Assembly: GCA_043807405.1 (NCBI GenBank)
Contig: JAZDGA010000001.1
Span: forward strand, 25,130 to 89,129
Source: Candidatus Vogelbacteria bacterium
GTDB taxonomy: Bacteria > Patescibacteriota > Minisyncoccia > Phycocordibacterales > JACOZG01
Direction of reading: 5' to 3'
DNA length: 64,000 nt
Shown here in pieces: positions 51,623 through 59,000 of the stretch; position 1 is the stretch's first letter, and the number at the start of each line of letters is the position of its first letter. The notes beneath the pieces were generated by a model. The model searched no databases. It was given only the letters and a program-made list of their open reading frames with translations, and was not told the DNA's origin. The position numbers were made by a program, and so were the translations under genes.

Positions 51623-51946
51623 GGGCGGTTAGCCCCTCACTCAGAAATTCCTTGGACGATCGATATGTATTACGTTTATTTACTAAAGAGCCGTAAAAAT
51701 GGTAATCTTTATATCGGGTACTCCAGCGATCTTAAGCGCCGTTTAAGTGAACACAACAACGGGCAGAATCGGTCAACTAAACCGTACGCTCCGTATTCAC
51801 TAGTTTATTACGAAGCATATCGATCGTCCGCTGATGCTAAAGAGCGCGAGTCCCAGTTGAAACGTTTTTCTCAAGCATATACTCAGTTAAAACGCCGAGT
51901 TGATAATAGCATCAGCGAGGAATTTCCTGAGTGAGGGGCGGTTAGC
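51623..51946 (+). mobile_element. GIY-YIG nuclease cassette with ~20-nt terminal inverted repeats, flanked by an 11-nt direct repeat of the tRNA 5' end
   Basis: Direct repeat GGGCGGTTAGC at 51623-51633 and 51936-51946. Inverted repeats cccctcactcagaaattcc (51633-51651) and ggaatttcctgagtgagggg (51919-51938). Confidence 0.65.
51665..51934 (+). CDS. small GIY-YIG nuclease-family protein (89 aa)
   Basis: MYYVYLLKS...LYIGYSSDLKRRLSEHNNG. The last 5 codons (EEFPE*) are encoded by the right inverted repeat. Confidence 0.8.
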   Translation: MYYVYLLKSRKNGNLYIGYSSDLKRRLSEHNNGQNRSTKPYAPYSLVYYEAYRSSADAKERESQLKRFSQAYTQLKRRVDNSISEEFPE

Positions 51947-51956
51947 TCAGTTGGTA

Positions 51957-51995
51957 CCCGCCCGAACAAGCCGAACCTCGTTCGGATCGGGCGGG
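51957..51995 (+). repeat. D-loop hairpin element, copy 1 (CCCGCCCGA...TCGGGCGGG)
   Basis: A 9-bp outer stem plus the inner CCGAAC-ctc-GTTCGG hairpin, inserted directly after D-loop GGTA. Confidence 0.75.
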
Positions 51996-52027
51996 GAGCG
52001 TTCGTACACCCCGTCACAAATCAATAC

Positions 52028-52099
52028 GCACCCTTAGCTCAGTGGTAGAGCGTTCCGTTCACATCGGAAAGGGCGTAGGTTCAATCCCTACAGGGTGCA
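52028..52099 (+). tRNA. tRNA-Val (anticodon CAC), intact, nested inside the interrupted tRNA-Val
   Basis: GCACCCT TA GCTC AGTGGTA GAGC G TTCCG TTCACAT CGGAA AGGGC GTAGG TTCAATC CCTAC AGGGTGC A. Confidence 0.9.
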
Positions 52100-52287
52100 T
52101 GGTAAAATTTATGATGGGGCTTCACACGCGAGAGGTCATAGGTTCGAATCCTATACCGCCCAATGTCAACAGGGAACATGTGGATAAGTGCTTTGGGACA
52201 ATCAAGATAATTTATTGTATAATAAATTTGATATCAACCCGTGTTGGGTGTTTCTAAAAAGGTCAAAATAAGTTCATTAATAAAATT

Positions 52288-52926
52288 ATGGAAAACAACA
52301 AAGTCAATCAAAGTAAGTTAGAAAAATCCAAAGAACTTGCCTTGCATTACATGAAAACACTGGTCGAGGTGGCCAGAGAGTCATTCTTAATTCTTGACCC
52401 TAATTTTCGGGTAATTTCGGCGAACGAGGTTTTTTACAGCAATTTTCGGGTTAAACCCGAGCAAACGGAAAATAGGTTGCTTTATGAATTGGGAAATGGT
52501 CAATGGAATATTTCCGAACTGAAAAAATTATTGGAAAAAATCCTGCCAGAGAAAAAAGTGGTAAAAGATTATAGGGTTACACATATTTTCGAAACAATTG
52601 GGAAAAAAACAATGATGCTCAGCGCAAGACAAATAGACTCGGTGCAATTGATTATCTTGGCCATAGAAGATATCAGTGACAGAAAAAAGCTGGAGGAAAA
52701 ATTAGCCAAGCACATCAGAAAGCAAGAAACCTTAATCGCCGAACGGACAGCAAACCTTGCCGATAAAATTAAGGAGTTGGAATCGGTGAATAAAAGCATG
52801 GTGGGGCGAGAACTAAAAATGGTAGAACTCAAAAAAGAAATCATGACTTTAAAACAACGAATTAAAAATGGGAACAGTGAAAACGGCAATAATAATGGCA
52901 ATCATAAAAATGGTCGATCAAAATGA
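52288..52926 (+). CDS. PAS-domain plus coiled-coil protein
   Basis: PAS-like ESFLILDPNFRVISANEVFYSNF...LYELGNGQW, followed by a heptad-rich C-terminus. Overlaps the kinase gene by 4 nt. Confidence 0.6.
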   Translation: MENNKVNQSKLEKSKELALHYMKTLVEVARESFLILDPNFRVISANEVFYSNFRVKPEQTENRLLYELGNGQWNISELKKLLEKILPEKKVVKDYRVTHIFETIGKKTMMLSARQIDSVQLIILAIEDISDRKKLEEKLAKHIRKQETLIAERTANLADKIKELESVNKSMVGRELKMVELKKEIMTLKQRIKNGNSENGNNNGNHKNGRSK

Positions 52927-54188
52927 AATCCAAAACTTCCTTAGATCTTTATAAATCAATACGAAAACAAGTAGAAAAAGAGCTGGCAGATGAAAAGATC
53001 GCCACTCGAAATGTCCTCGAAGATTTAAGTATTGAAAAATCAAAAGTAGAAATAGCCAAAGCTAAAGAAGAAGCAATTTTACTATCAATTGGTGATGGAC
53101 TTTTGGCCACTGACGAAAAAGGGAATCTCACATTTATAAATAAAGTTGCCGAAAAACTACTCGACCAAAAGAGTGAAAAGGTTATAGGAAAAAATTTTTC
53201 TGAAGTCCTTTCAATGGAAGATGAGAGGGGGGTATCTGTTCTACCAGAAAAACGCCCCATAAATATGGCCCTAGCCGGTGGCACTACTACTACTGCTTCT
53301 ACTACTAGTCTAGTCTACTATTATGTACGGAAAGATAAAACAAAATTTCCGGTAGCCACAACGGTAACCCCCGTTCTTCTCGATGGAAAAATGATCGGGG
53401 CAATTGAAATTTTCCGAGACATCACGCGAGAAAAAGAAATTGACCAAGCTAAAACCGGGTTCATTTCCTTAGCTTCTCATCAATTAAAAACACCAGTGAC
53501 AGCAATTAATTGGCTAACAGAGAGACTTTTGGGCAAGGGGGCTGGGGCTCTGACTCCATTACAAAAGGAATATTTTAATGATATCCGTGCAGCTAGTTTG
53601 CGGATGATTGAACTGGTTAACGCGCTTCTTAACATCTCGCGTATTGAACTCGGCGCGTTTGCTATCCAACCAGTGAAAATGAACATTCACAAAGTGATAA
53701 AAAATGCACTTTACGAGTTGCAGCCATTACTAAATCGGAAACATCTGGTACTTAAGGAAAATTATTCTCCAGAAAATCTAGTTGTTCCGATAGACAAACA
53801 ATTATTTCTTATAATAATCAGCAACCTCGTCTTAAATGCTATTCACTACACACCGGAAAACGGGCAAATACAAGTTACCTGCCAACGGCGGGCAACCGAT
53901 GTTATGATCTCAGTTCAAGACACTGGCTGTGGAATTCCGAAACAACAACAAGACAAATTGTTTACCAAATTCTTTCGAGCCGACAACGCTAGGGAAAAAT
54001 CTCCTGATGGAACGGGACTTGGACTTTATTTGGTTAAATTAATCCTTGATCATTCCGGTGGCTTAATCTGGTTTTCGTCACAAGAAAATCAGGGCTCTGT
54101 TTTCTATATAACCATTCCCCTAGAAGGAATGAGAAAACAAACCGGGACCTTGCCCCTCGTTATACCCCAAATTAAAACTGTGATATGA
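52923..54188 (+). CDS. sensor histidine kinase (PAS-HisKA-HATPase_c), no TM segment evident
   Basis: H-box SHQLKTPVTAINW, an N-box region and the G-box GTGLGLYLVKLILDHSGG. Confidence 0.85.
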   Translation: MKSKTSLDLYKSIRKQVEKELADEKIATRNVLEDLSIEKSKVEIAKAKEEAILLSIGDGLLATDEKGNLTFINKVAEKLLDQKSEKVIGKNFSEVLSMEDERGVSVLPEKRPINMALAGGTTTTASTTSLVYYYVRKDKTKFPVATTVTPVLLDGKMIGAIEIFRDITREKEIDQAKTGFISLASHQLKTPVTAINWLTERLLGKGAGALTPLQKEYFNDIRAASLRMIELVNALLNISRIELGAFAIQPVKMNIHKVIKNALYELQPLLNRKHLVLKENYSPENLVVPIDKQLFLIIISNLVLNAIHYTPENGQIQVTCQRRATDVMISVQDTGCGIPKQQQDKLFTKFFRADNAREKSPDGTGLGLYLVKLILDHSGGLIWFSSQENQGSVFYITIPLEGMRKQTGTLPLVIPQIKTVI

Positions 54189-54196
54189 TATAATAT

Positions 54197-54604
54197 GTGC
54201 ATATGACAAAAAGTAAGGAAACGACAATTCTGATTGTCGAAGATGAAGCAGCCCAACGCAAGCCACTTGCCGACGAATTGCGAGACGAGGGATTCCGTGT
54301 TCTCACGGCCCAAAATGGGCAAGAGGGATTGGAGTTAGCGCTGCGTGAACATCCAGATTTAATTTTGCTCGATATTCTTATGCCAGTTATGGATGGTTTA
54401 ACGATGATGAAAAAAATGCGTGAGACAAATTTGTGGGGCAAACAAGTACCAATAATTCTTTTAACAAATTTGAGCGCTAATGAAGAAAAAATGATGCAAG
54501 CAATTACGAGAGATGAACCGGCGTTTTTTCTTGTAAAATCAGACTGGACATTGCAGGATGTCGTAAGTAAGATAAAAGAGCGACTTGCGCAAAACATAGA
54601 TTAA
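54197..54604 (+). CDS. stand-alone response-regulator receiver protein (CheY-like)
   Basis: ILIVEDE, LILLDILMPVMDG and a conserved K region. No output domain. Confidence 0.85.
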   Translation: MHMTKSKETTILIVEDEAAQRKPLADELRDEGFRVLTAQNGQEGLELALREHPDLILLDILMPVMDGLTMMKKMRETNLWGKQVPIILLTNLSANEEKMMQAITRDEPAFFLVKSDWTLQDVVSKIKERLAQNID

Positions 54605-54609
54605 GATAC

Positions 54610-54684
54610 GCGGGGCATGGTGCCTGCCCGACCATTCGGTCGTTCGGGCGGGTAACGGTAACATTCACGACCCGCCCCGCACCA
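54610..54684 (+). other. 75-nt tRNA-like remnant containing D-loop hairpin copy 2 (54623-54652) and ending in ACCA
   Basis: GCGGGGC...GCCCCGC form a 7-bp acceptor-like stem with an ACCA tail. The interior holds CCTGCCCGA...TCGGGCGGG, and no T-arm or cloverleaf can be drawn. Confidence 0.5.
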
Positions 54685-54691
54685 AGTTCAA

Positions 54692-54762
54692 CGGGATGTA
54701 GTATAGTGGTAGTATGCACGATTCGGGTTCGTGCGGCCCGAGTTCGAATCTCGGCATCCCGA
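54692..54762 (+). tRNA. tRNA-Pro (anticodon CGG)
   Basis: CGGGATG TA GTAT AGTGGTA GTAT G CACGA TTCGGGT TCGTG CGGC CCGAG TTCGAAT CTCGG CATCCCG A. Has the C1:G72 pair typical of bacterial tRNA-Pro. Confidence 0.85.
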
Positions 54763-54911
54763 CAGTAAAACTTTGGTGTGGGGTTCGCAGGTTCGTGAGA
54801 CTCTGGGTTCTCCGCCAGTTGGCGGACCAGTGCCCTGATTGGTAAAATCTGATATAATGAAGATTGTTGTTTGTTATAAATTTGAACCTTGAAAATTGAA
54901 AACGGAGGAAG

Positions 54912-56198
54912 ATGCATATGGGTCAAAATGTTTTAATCGTCGGCGGGGGCGGAAGAGAACATGCCCTAGCGTGGAAACTCGCGCAATCGCCTCGTATCAG
55001 CAATCTCTATATCGCACCGGGAAATGGCGGTACGCGTCAAATTGGTGAAAATATTCCAATTAGTACTACTGACATTCCGAGTCTTGTTAACTTCGCCAAG
55101 GAGAAGCAGGTGGATATGACTGTAGTTGGACCAGACGATCCGCTAGCGCTTGGTATTGTGGATGCTTTTCAAGCTCGAGGACTACGGATATTCGGACCAA
55201 CGCAAGTGGCGACGGAAATTGAATCATCCAAAGCTTTCGCAAAAGATTTGATGACCGAAGAAAATATTCCAACCGCCACCTTCCGTATTTTTTGCAAGCA
55301 CCGCGAAGCACTAGCGTATGTTCGCCAACACGGGACACCGATTGTGGTGAAAGCCGATGGACTTACTCTCGGCAAGGGCGCGTATGTTTGTAAAACATTG
55401 GCGGAAGCAGAAACTGCCCTAGCGGAAATCATGCTTGACCGTATCTACAAAGAGGCAGGAAGGCAAGTAGTTATCGAGGAATTTCTTGATGGCCAAGAAA
55501 TCTCTATCCATACTTTCTGCGACGGAGAAACTTCTATTTTGCTACCGTCTTCTCAAGACCACAAGCCAATACGTGACGGCGACGAAGGTCGGAACACCGG
55601 TGGCATGGGAACGATCGCGCCGGTTCCATGGTTAAGCGTAGAAGCGATGCGAACAATTGACAAACAAATTGTCCGGCCAACTCTTGAAGCCCTCGCGAAC
55701 CGTGGCAGGAAATTCACTGGTTTGCTCTATCCGGGACTCAAGCTGACAAGTAGCGGACCGAGGGTAATTGAGTTCAATGCGCGGTTCGGCGATCCGGAAA
55801 CACAAAGTTATATGCGTCTTCTCAAAACCGACCTGCTCGATATCTTGGAAGCGTGCGTGAACGGGACACTCGCAAAACTAACGATTGAGTGGCACACCGG
55901 CTTCGCCGCATGTGTCGTCATTGCCTCCACCGGTTATCCTGATGTATACAAAAAAGGATTTCCAATCCATGGTGTCACCGAAGCTGAAAATGTTCCGGGG
56001 GTTATCGTTTTCCATGCAGGAACAAGTTTTGATCAGGAGCTCAAAACTGCCGGCGGGCGTGTCCTTGGCGTAACAGCAATCGGTAACACGCTCCGCGATA
56101 CGCTTAACCGAGCCTACGAAGCAGCCCGTTTTATTAAGTTTGAGGGTATGCAGTATCGACACGATATCGGAGCGAAAGCTCTCACCACTGGGTTCTAG
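54912..56198 (+). CDS. purD: phosphoribosylamine-glycine ligase
   Basis: VLIVGGGGREHALAWKL, an ATP-grasp core and EFNARFGDPETQ. Confidence 0.9.
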   Translation: MHMGQNVLIVGGGGREHALAWKLAQSPRISNLYIAPGNGGTRQIGENIPISTTDIPSLVNFAKEKQVDMTVVGPDDPLALGIVDAFQARGLRIFGPTQVATEIESSKAFAKDLMTEENIPTATFRIFCKHREALAYVRQHGTPIVVKADGLTLGKGAYVCKTLAEAETALAEIMLDRIYKEAGRQVVIEEFLDGQEISIHTFCDGETSILLPSSQDHKPIRDGDEGRNTGGMGTIAPVPWLSVEAMRTIDKQIVRPTLEALANRGRKFTGLLYPGLKLTSSGPRVIEFNARFGDPETQSYMRLLKTDLLDILEACVNGTLAKLTIEWHTGFAACVVIASTGYPDVYKKGFPIHGVTEAENVPGVIVFHAGTSFDQELKTAGGRVLGVTAIGNTLRDTLNRAYEAARFIKFEGMQYRHDIGAKALTTGF

Positions 56199-56229
56199 TT
56201 CCTTCGGGGGCTAGAACCCTTTTTCTTTT
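56190..56229 (+). terminator. rho-independent terminator of purD (hairpin includes the stop codon)
   Basis: GGGTTCTAG-ttccttcgggg-CTAGAACCC followed by TTTTTCTTTT. Confidence 0.7.
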
Positions 56230-56272
56230 CGGTTTGCTTTTCTCCGCCAATTTCGTTATCATTTTTTAGATT

Positions 56273-56367
56273 GGGCTCATCGTATAGTGGTACCCGCCCG
56301 ACCGAATGACTTCGGTCGTTCGGGCGGGGTACGCGGCATTCGCACCGCGCCCGCCAGACGATCACAA
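56273..56367 (+). pseudogene. 5' half of a tRNA-Ala(CGC)-like gene carrying D-loop hairpin copy 3 (56293-56328); no 3' half found
   Basis: GGGCTCA TC GTAT AGTGGTA [CCCGCCCGA..TCGGGCGGG] GTAC G CGGCA TTCGCAC, after which it diverges. Lies immediately upstream of the intact tRNA-Ala(CGC). Confidence 0.55.
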
Positions 56368-56438
56368 GGGCCTATAGTCTAGTAGTACGACGCGTCATTC
56401 GCATTGACGAGGCGGGGGTGCGATTCCCCCTAGGTCCA
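56368..56438 (+). tRNA. tRNA-Ala (anticodon CGC)
   Basis: GGGCCTA TA GTCT AGTAGTA CGAC G CGTCA TTCGCAT TGACG AGGC GGGGG TGCGATT CCCCC TAGGTCC A. G3:U70 is present. Confidence 0.85.
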
Positions 56439-56439
56439 C

Positions 56440-56486
56440 AAAAAAGCTCCCACTTGTTTACCAACAGGCAAACGTAGAGGGAGCTT
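56440..56486 (-). terminator. rho-independent terminator of the 56508-57482 gene
   Basis: Minus strand AAGCTCCC-N27-GGGAGCTT followed by TTTTTG. Confidence 0.55.
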
Positions 56487-56507
56487 TGGAAAACTTGGCT
56501 GATCGAT

Positions 56508-57482
56508 CTAGAGTTGTTTCTTCAACCAACTCTCGATTGTCAGAAAAATCTCTGACCATGAACGCCGGGACGGTCGTGTGTTCTTGGCGGCACGTCCCCC
56601 GCCAGTGGTAATCAAACCGATCTGGGGATGATAGAACCAATTGTCTAGACGACCCTCTTCATCCGGACAAGTATCTATCGGCAATTTTCCGTAGTTTTCG
56701 AAACGTCGAAGTTCTGACACTAAATCACCCAATGGCAACCCAGCCTTGTGGTCGGCCATAATCGTTACATGACCGGTGCTCGAATCCCGACGAATAGAGA
56801 GACGCGCGCCACGAGAGCGAGTGGCTTTCAGGATATGTTCCGAAGTCGAGGTGATGCTTGCTAACATATGGTTACCACAACGACGATAGGAAACACTTCC
56901 ACCAACACAAGCCAGATCGTAAGCCCTTTGGAATTTGGTCTGGTCATCGAGAAAATTCTCCATCATAATGATCCCCTGCTCGAGCATTTCGTTCGACGAT
57001 CGGCCGTTGCGATACATTGCCGTCATCACCGATTCAATACTCAAAACTCCGCTGCCACCATTGAGATCGCAGTCCGTGACTTGCTTCGTAAGCCAAGCGA
57101 CGGCTCGTCCCTCCGGCGACTTCGAATCGAGGTCAAGATATTCGGCGACAAGAGAAGTCGTTGAGTGTCCCTGTTTGCGGGGAATTCCATATTTGGGATC
57201 AGGGTGTTCATCGAACATCCCAGATCCTTGACCAAGAAGCAGAACGCCTCGTTCCAGCCAGTTTTCAGCCGACGCGCCATCGGGAGTCTGCCCGCCGTAC
57301 GGCCAGAAAACTACCCGAGCGGTCTCAATACCGGGGAATAATGCCCGACCAAAACGATGAAGTAACACGAGAGCTACCACTTCATCGAGATGTGGCCCTT
57401 CGTGCATTGCCACAACCTGAACAGGATACGGAATCTTTTCAGTTACCGTTACCATTCGTCCAACCTGCCTTTCAGTTTTCAA
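56508..57482 (-). CDS. hypothetical protein, weak resemblance to MYG1/UPF0160 metal-dependent hydrolases
   Basis: MHEGPHLDEVVALVLL and LGQGSGMFDEHP are reminiscent of MYG1 His/Asp motifs. This is pattern resemblance only. Confidence 0.35.
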   Translation of the reverse strand: MKTERQVGRMVTVTEKIPYPVQVVAMHEGPHLDEVVALVLLHRFGRALFPGIETARVVFWPYGGQTPDGASAENWLERGVLLLGQGSGMFDEHPDPKYGIPRKQGHSTTSLVAEYLDLDSKSPEGRAVAWLTKQVTDCDLNGGSGVLSIESVMTAMYRNGRSSNEMLEQGIIMMENFLDDQTKFQRAYDLACVGGSVSYRRCGNHMLASITSTSEHILKATRSRGARLSIRRDSSTGHVTIMADHKAGLPLGDLVSELRRFENYGKLPIDTCPDEEGRLDNWFYHPQIGLITTGGGRAAKNTRPSRRSWSEIFLTIESWLKKQL

Positions 57483-57559
57483 CGACCAACCAAATAACCT
57501 TACAGCGAGCCATTCCCGCTATTCGCGTCTATCTTAGCATATCACACAAAAGAAGTCAA

Positions 57560-57630
57560 TGGACCCGGGGAGAATCGAACTCCCGTCTACCGGATGCAAA
57601 CCGGTCATTTTACCACTGAACTACGGGCCC
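57560..57630 (-). tRNA. tRNA-Ala (anticodon UGC)
   Basis: GGGCCCG TA GTTC AGTGGTA AAAT G ACCGG TTTGCAT CCGGT AGAC GGGAG TTCGATT CTCCC CGGGTCC A. G3:U70 is present. Abuts the ddl stop. Confidence 0.85.
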
Positions 57631-58602
57631 TTAATTTTTATTTAACGCTAAAGTAAGGATGTGATCAAGAAAATTTGGATACGGACAACCAACTGCTTTT
57701 AACGCTTTCGGCAAAAGCGATTCTTTGGTCAAGCCGGGCAAACTGTTGGTCTCGAGCAGATAAATCCCATGGGGAGTGAGAATGAAATCCGAGCGCGAAT
57801 AATGTCGGAGGCCGAGCGCTCGGTGAGCCGTGATCGCTAACTTTTCGAGCTCGCGCTTTTCATTGTCGGTGAAATTTCCCGGACAAATTTCGGCGGTTTG
57901 GCCGCTATATTTATCCTGATAATCCCAAAGAAGTTTCCCTTTCGGTCGGCGAATTTCAATTGGTGGCAGAGCGTAACACTCCGCTCCGCGGAAATCATCA
58001 ATCACGCCAGCCGTCGCTTCGCGACCGCGAAGATAATGTTCGACGAGAAGCGTCGGCGAGACCACCCAACCATCAACAATCGCCTGCGCTAAATCCTGAA
58101 TGTTCCGAGCAAAAAAAAGACCAACTGATGAACCGCGATCATTCGGTTTAATCACCCACGGGGGCGAAACCTTTTGAAAAACTTCTCGCGCCGAGAGTGA
58201 GCTGCCATCATTCCCATCTCGCCGAACCACCAATCCGGGCGAGACCTTGAGTCCCGCCCGGCGAAACAAATCTTTCGACATCTCTTTATTCATTCCTAGC
58301 GCCGAAGGCGCCGTCCCCGAACCAGTGTATGGCAGACCCAACTGGTCAAGTTCGCTTTGAATCTTCCCATCTTCGCCATACTCACCGTGAAGCGCGTTGA
58401 AAAACACATCCACTTGACGAGCGATTCGCTGGGGCGCCGTCGGCAAACCGCCCAAATGCCACACACCGGCGCGGTCAATTAAAATATCCCGGCCGTGATA
58501 AGCGGCGGGCAAATGTTCCAAGACGCTCTGGCCCGTCGCCAACGAAACTTCATACTCGTGGCCAAGACCACCGCGCAAAACACCGACCCGAGCTTTAACC
58601 AT
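57631..58602 (-). CDS. ddl: D-alanine--D-alanine ligase
   Basis: GGLGHEYEVSL, FNALHGEYGEDGKIQ, WVIKPNDRGSSVG and LETNSLPGLT, the ATP-grasp Ddl pattern. Confidence 0.9.
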   Translation of the reverse strand: MVKARVGVLRGGLGHEYEVSLATGQSVLEHLPAAYHGRDILIDRAGVWHLGGLPTAPQRIARQVDVFFNALHGEYGEDGKIQSELDQLGLPYTGSGTAPSALGMNKEMSKDLFRRAGLKVSPGLVVRRDGNDGSSLSAREVFQKVSPPWVIKPNDRGSSVGLFFARNIQDLAQAIVDGWVVSPTLLVEHYLRGREATAGVIDDFRGAECYALPPIEIRRPKGKLLWDYQDKYSGQTAEICPGNFTDNEKRELEKLAITAHRALGLRHYSRSDFILTPHGIYLLETNSLPGLTKESLLPKALKAVGCPYPNFLDHILTLALNKN

Positions 58603-58605
58603 AGG

Positions 58606-58986
58606 TTAGATCAATTTCTTGATCTTGCCGACCACATCGTCAAGAGTGAAGTTGGCTTTAATGAGAAAATCATCTACTCCGAGCGCTTTCGCTTTCTCGA
58701 TATCTTCTTTTTGACCGAGGTTAGAAAAGATTATGACCGGAATCGCTTTGGTCGCGTCAGTTTCGCGAATTTTCTTCAGCACTTCAAAACCGTCCTTGCC
58801 GGGCAAAAGCAAATCAAGCAAAATGAGACTCGGATGAGCTGTTTCAATCATCGAAATCGCGTTCTCACCGTCCACGGCCACTTCAATATGATAATTTTCT
58901 TTTTCCAAACGTTTCGCCGTCAATGATCGAAGAAATTCATCGTCCTCAACAATTAAAATAGTTTTCTTGTTGCTATTATTTTCCAT
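58606..58986 (-). CDS. stand-alone response-regulator receiver protein
   Basis: ILIVEDDEFL, LILLDLLLPGKDG and IIFSNLG motifs. Confidence 0.85.
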   Translation of the reverse strand: MENNSNKKTILIVEDDEFLRSLTAKRLEKENYHIEVAVDGENAISMIETAHPSLILLDLLLPGKDGFEVLKKIRETDATKAIPVIIFSNLGQKEDIEKAKALGVDDFLIKANFTLDDVVGKIKKLI

Positions 58987-59000
58987 AATATCGATGTTAA

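Larger units (their letters stand above)
51936..52162 (+). pseudogene. tRNA-Val(CAC) gene interrupted twice: a 39-nt hairpin in the D-loop and a 115-nt segment between positions 31 and 32
   Basis: Removing 51957-51995 and 52006-52120 gives a perfect 73-nt cloverleaf: GGGCGGT TA GCTC AGTTGGTA GAGC G TTCGT TTCACAC GCGAG AGGTC ATAGG TTCGAAT CCTAT ACCGCCC A. Confidence 0.7.

Noticed and set aside
52006-52120. Group I or archaeal-type (BHB) intron in tRNA-Val
   Set aside because: At 115 nt it is far too short for a group I core, and I saw no P7/G-binding-like elements. It sits at position 31/32 rather than in the anticodon loop. Bacteria are not known to have the BHB splicing endonuclease. I kept this only as an alternative to test by tRNA sequencing.
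54610-54684. A genuine additional tRNA gene (75 nt, ACCA end)
   Set aside because: It has an acceptor-like stem but no T-arm or TPsiC-loop consensus. No 5-bp anticodon stem with a 7-nt loop can be drawn, so I treat it as a tRNA-like remnant.
54504-54926. 140-aa minus-strand ORF
   Set aside because: It overlaps the response-regulator 3' end, the tRNA-like unit and tRNA-Pro on the opposite strand, so it is an artefact of the GC-rich tRNA region. The same reasoning applies to 49646-49965 (over tRNA-Ala) and 52042-52257 (over tRNA-Val).
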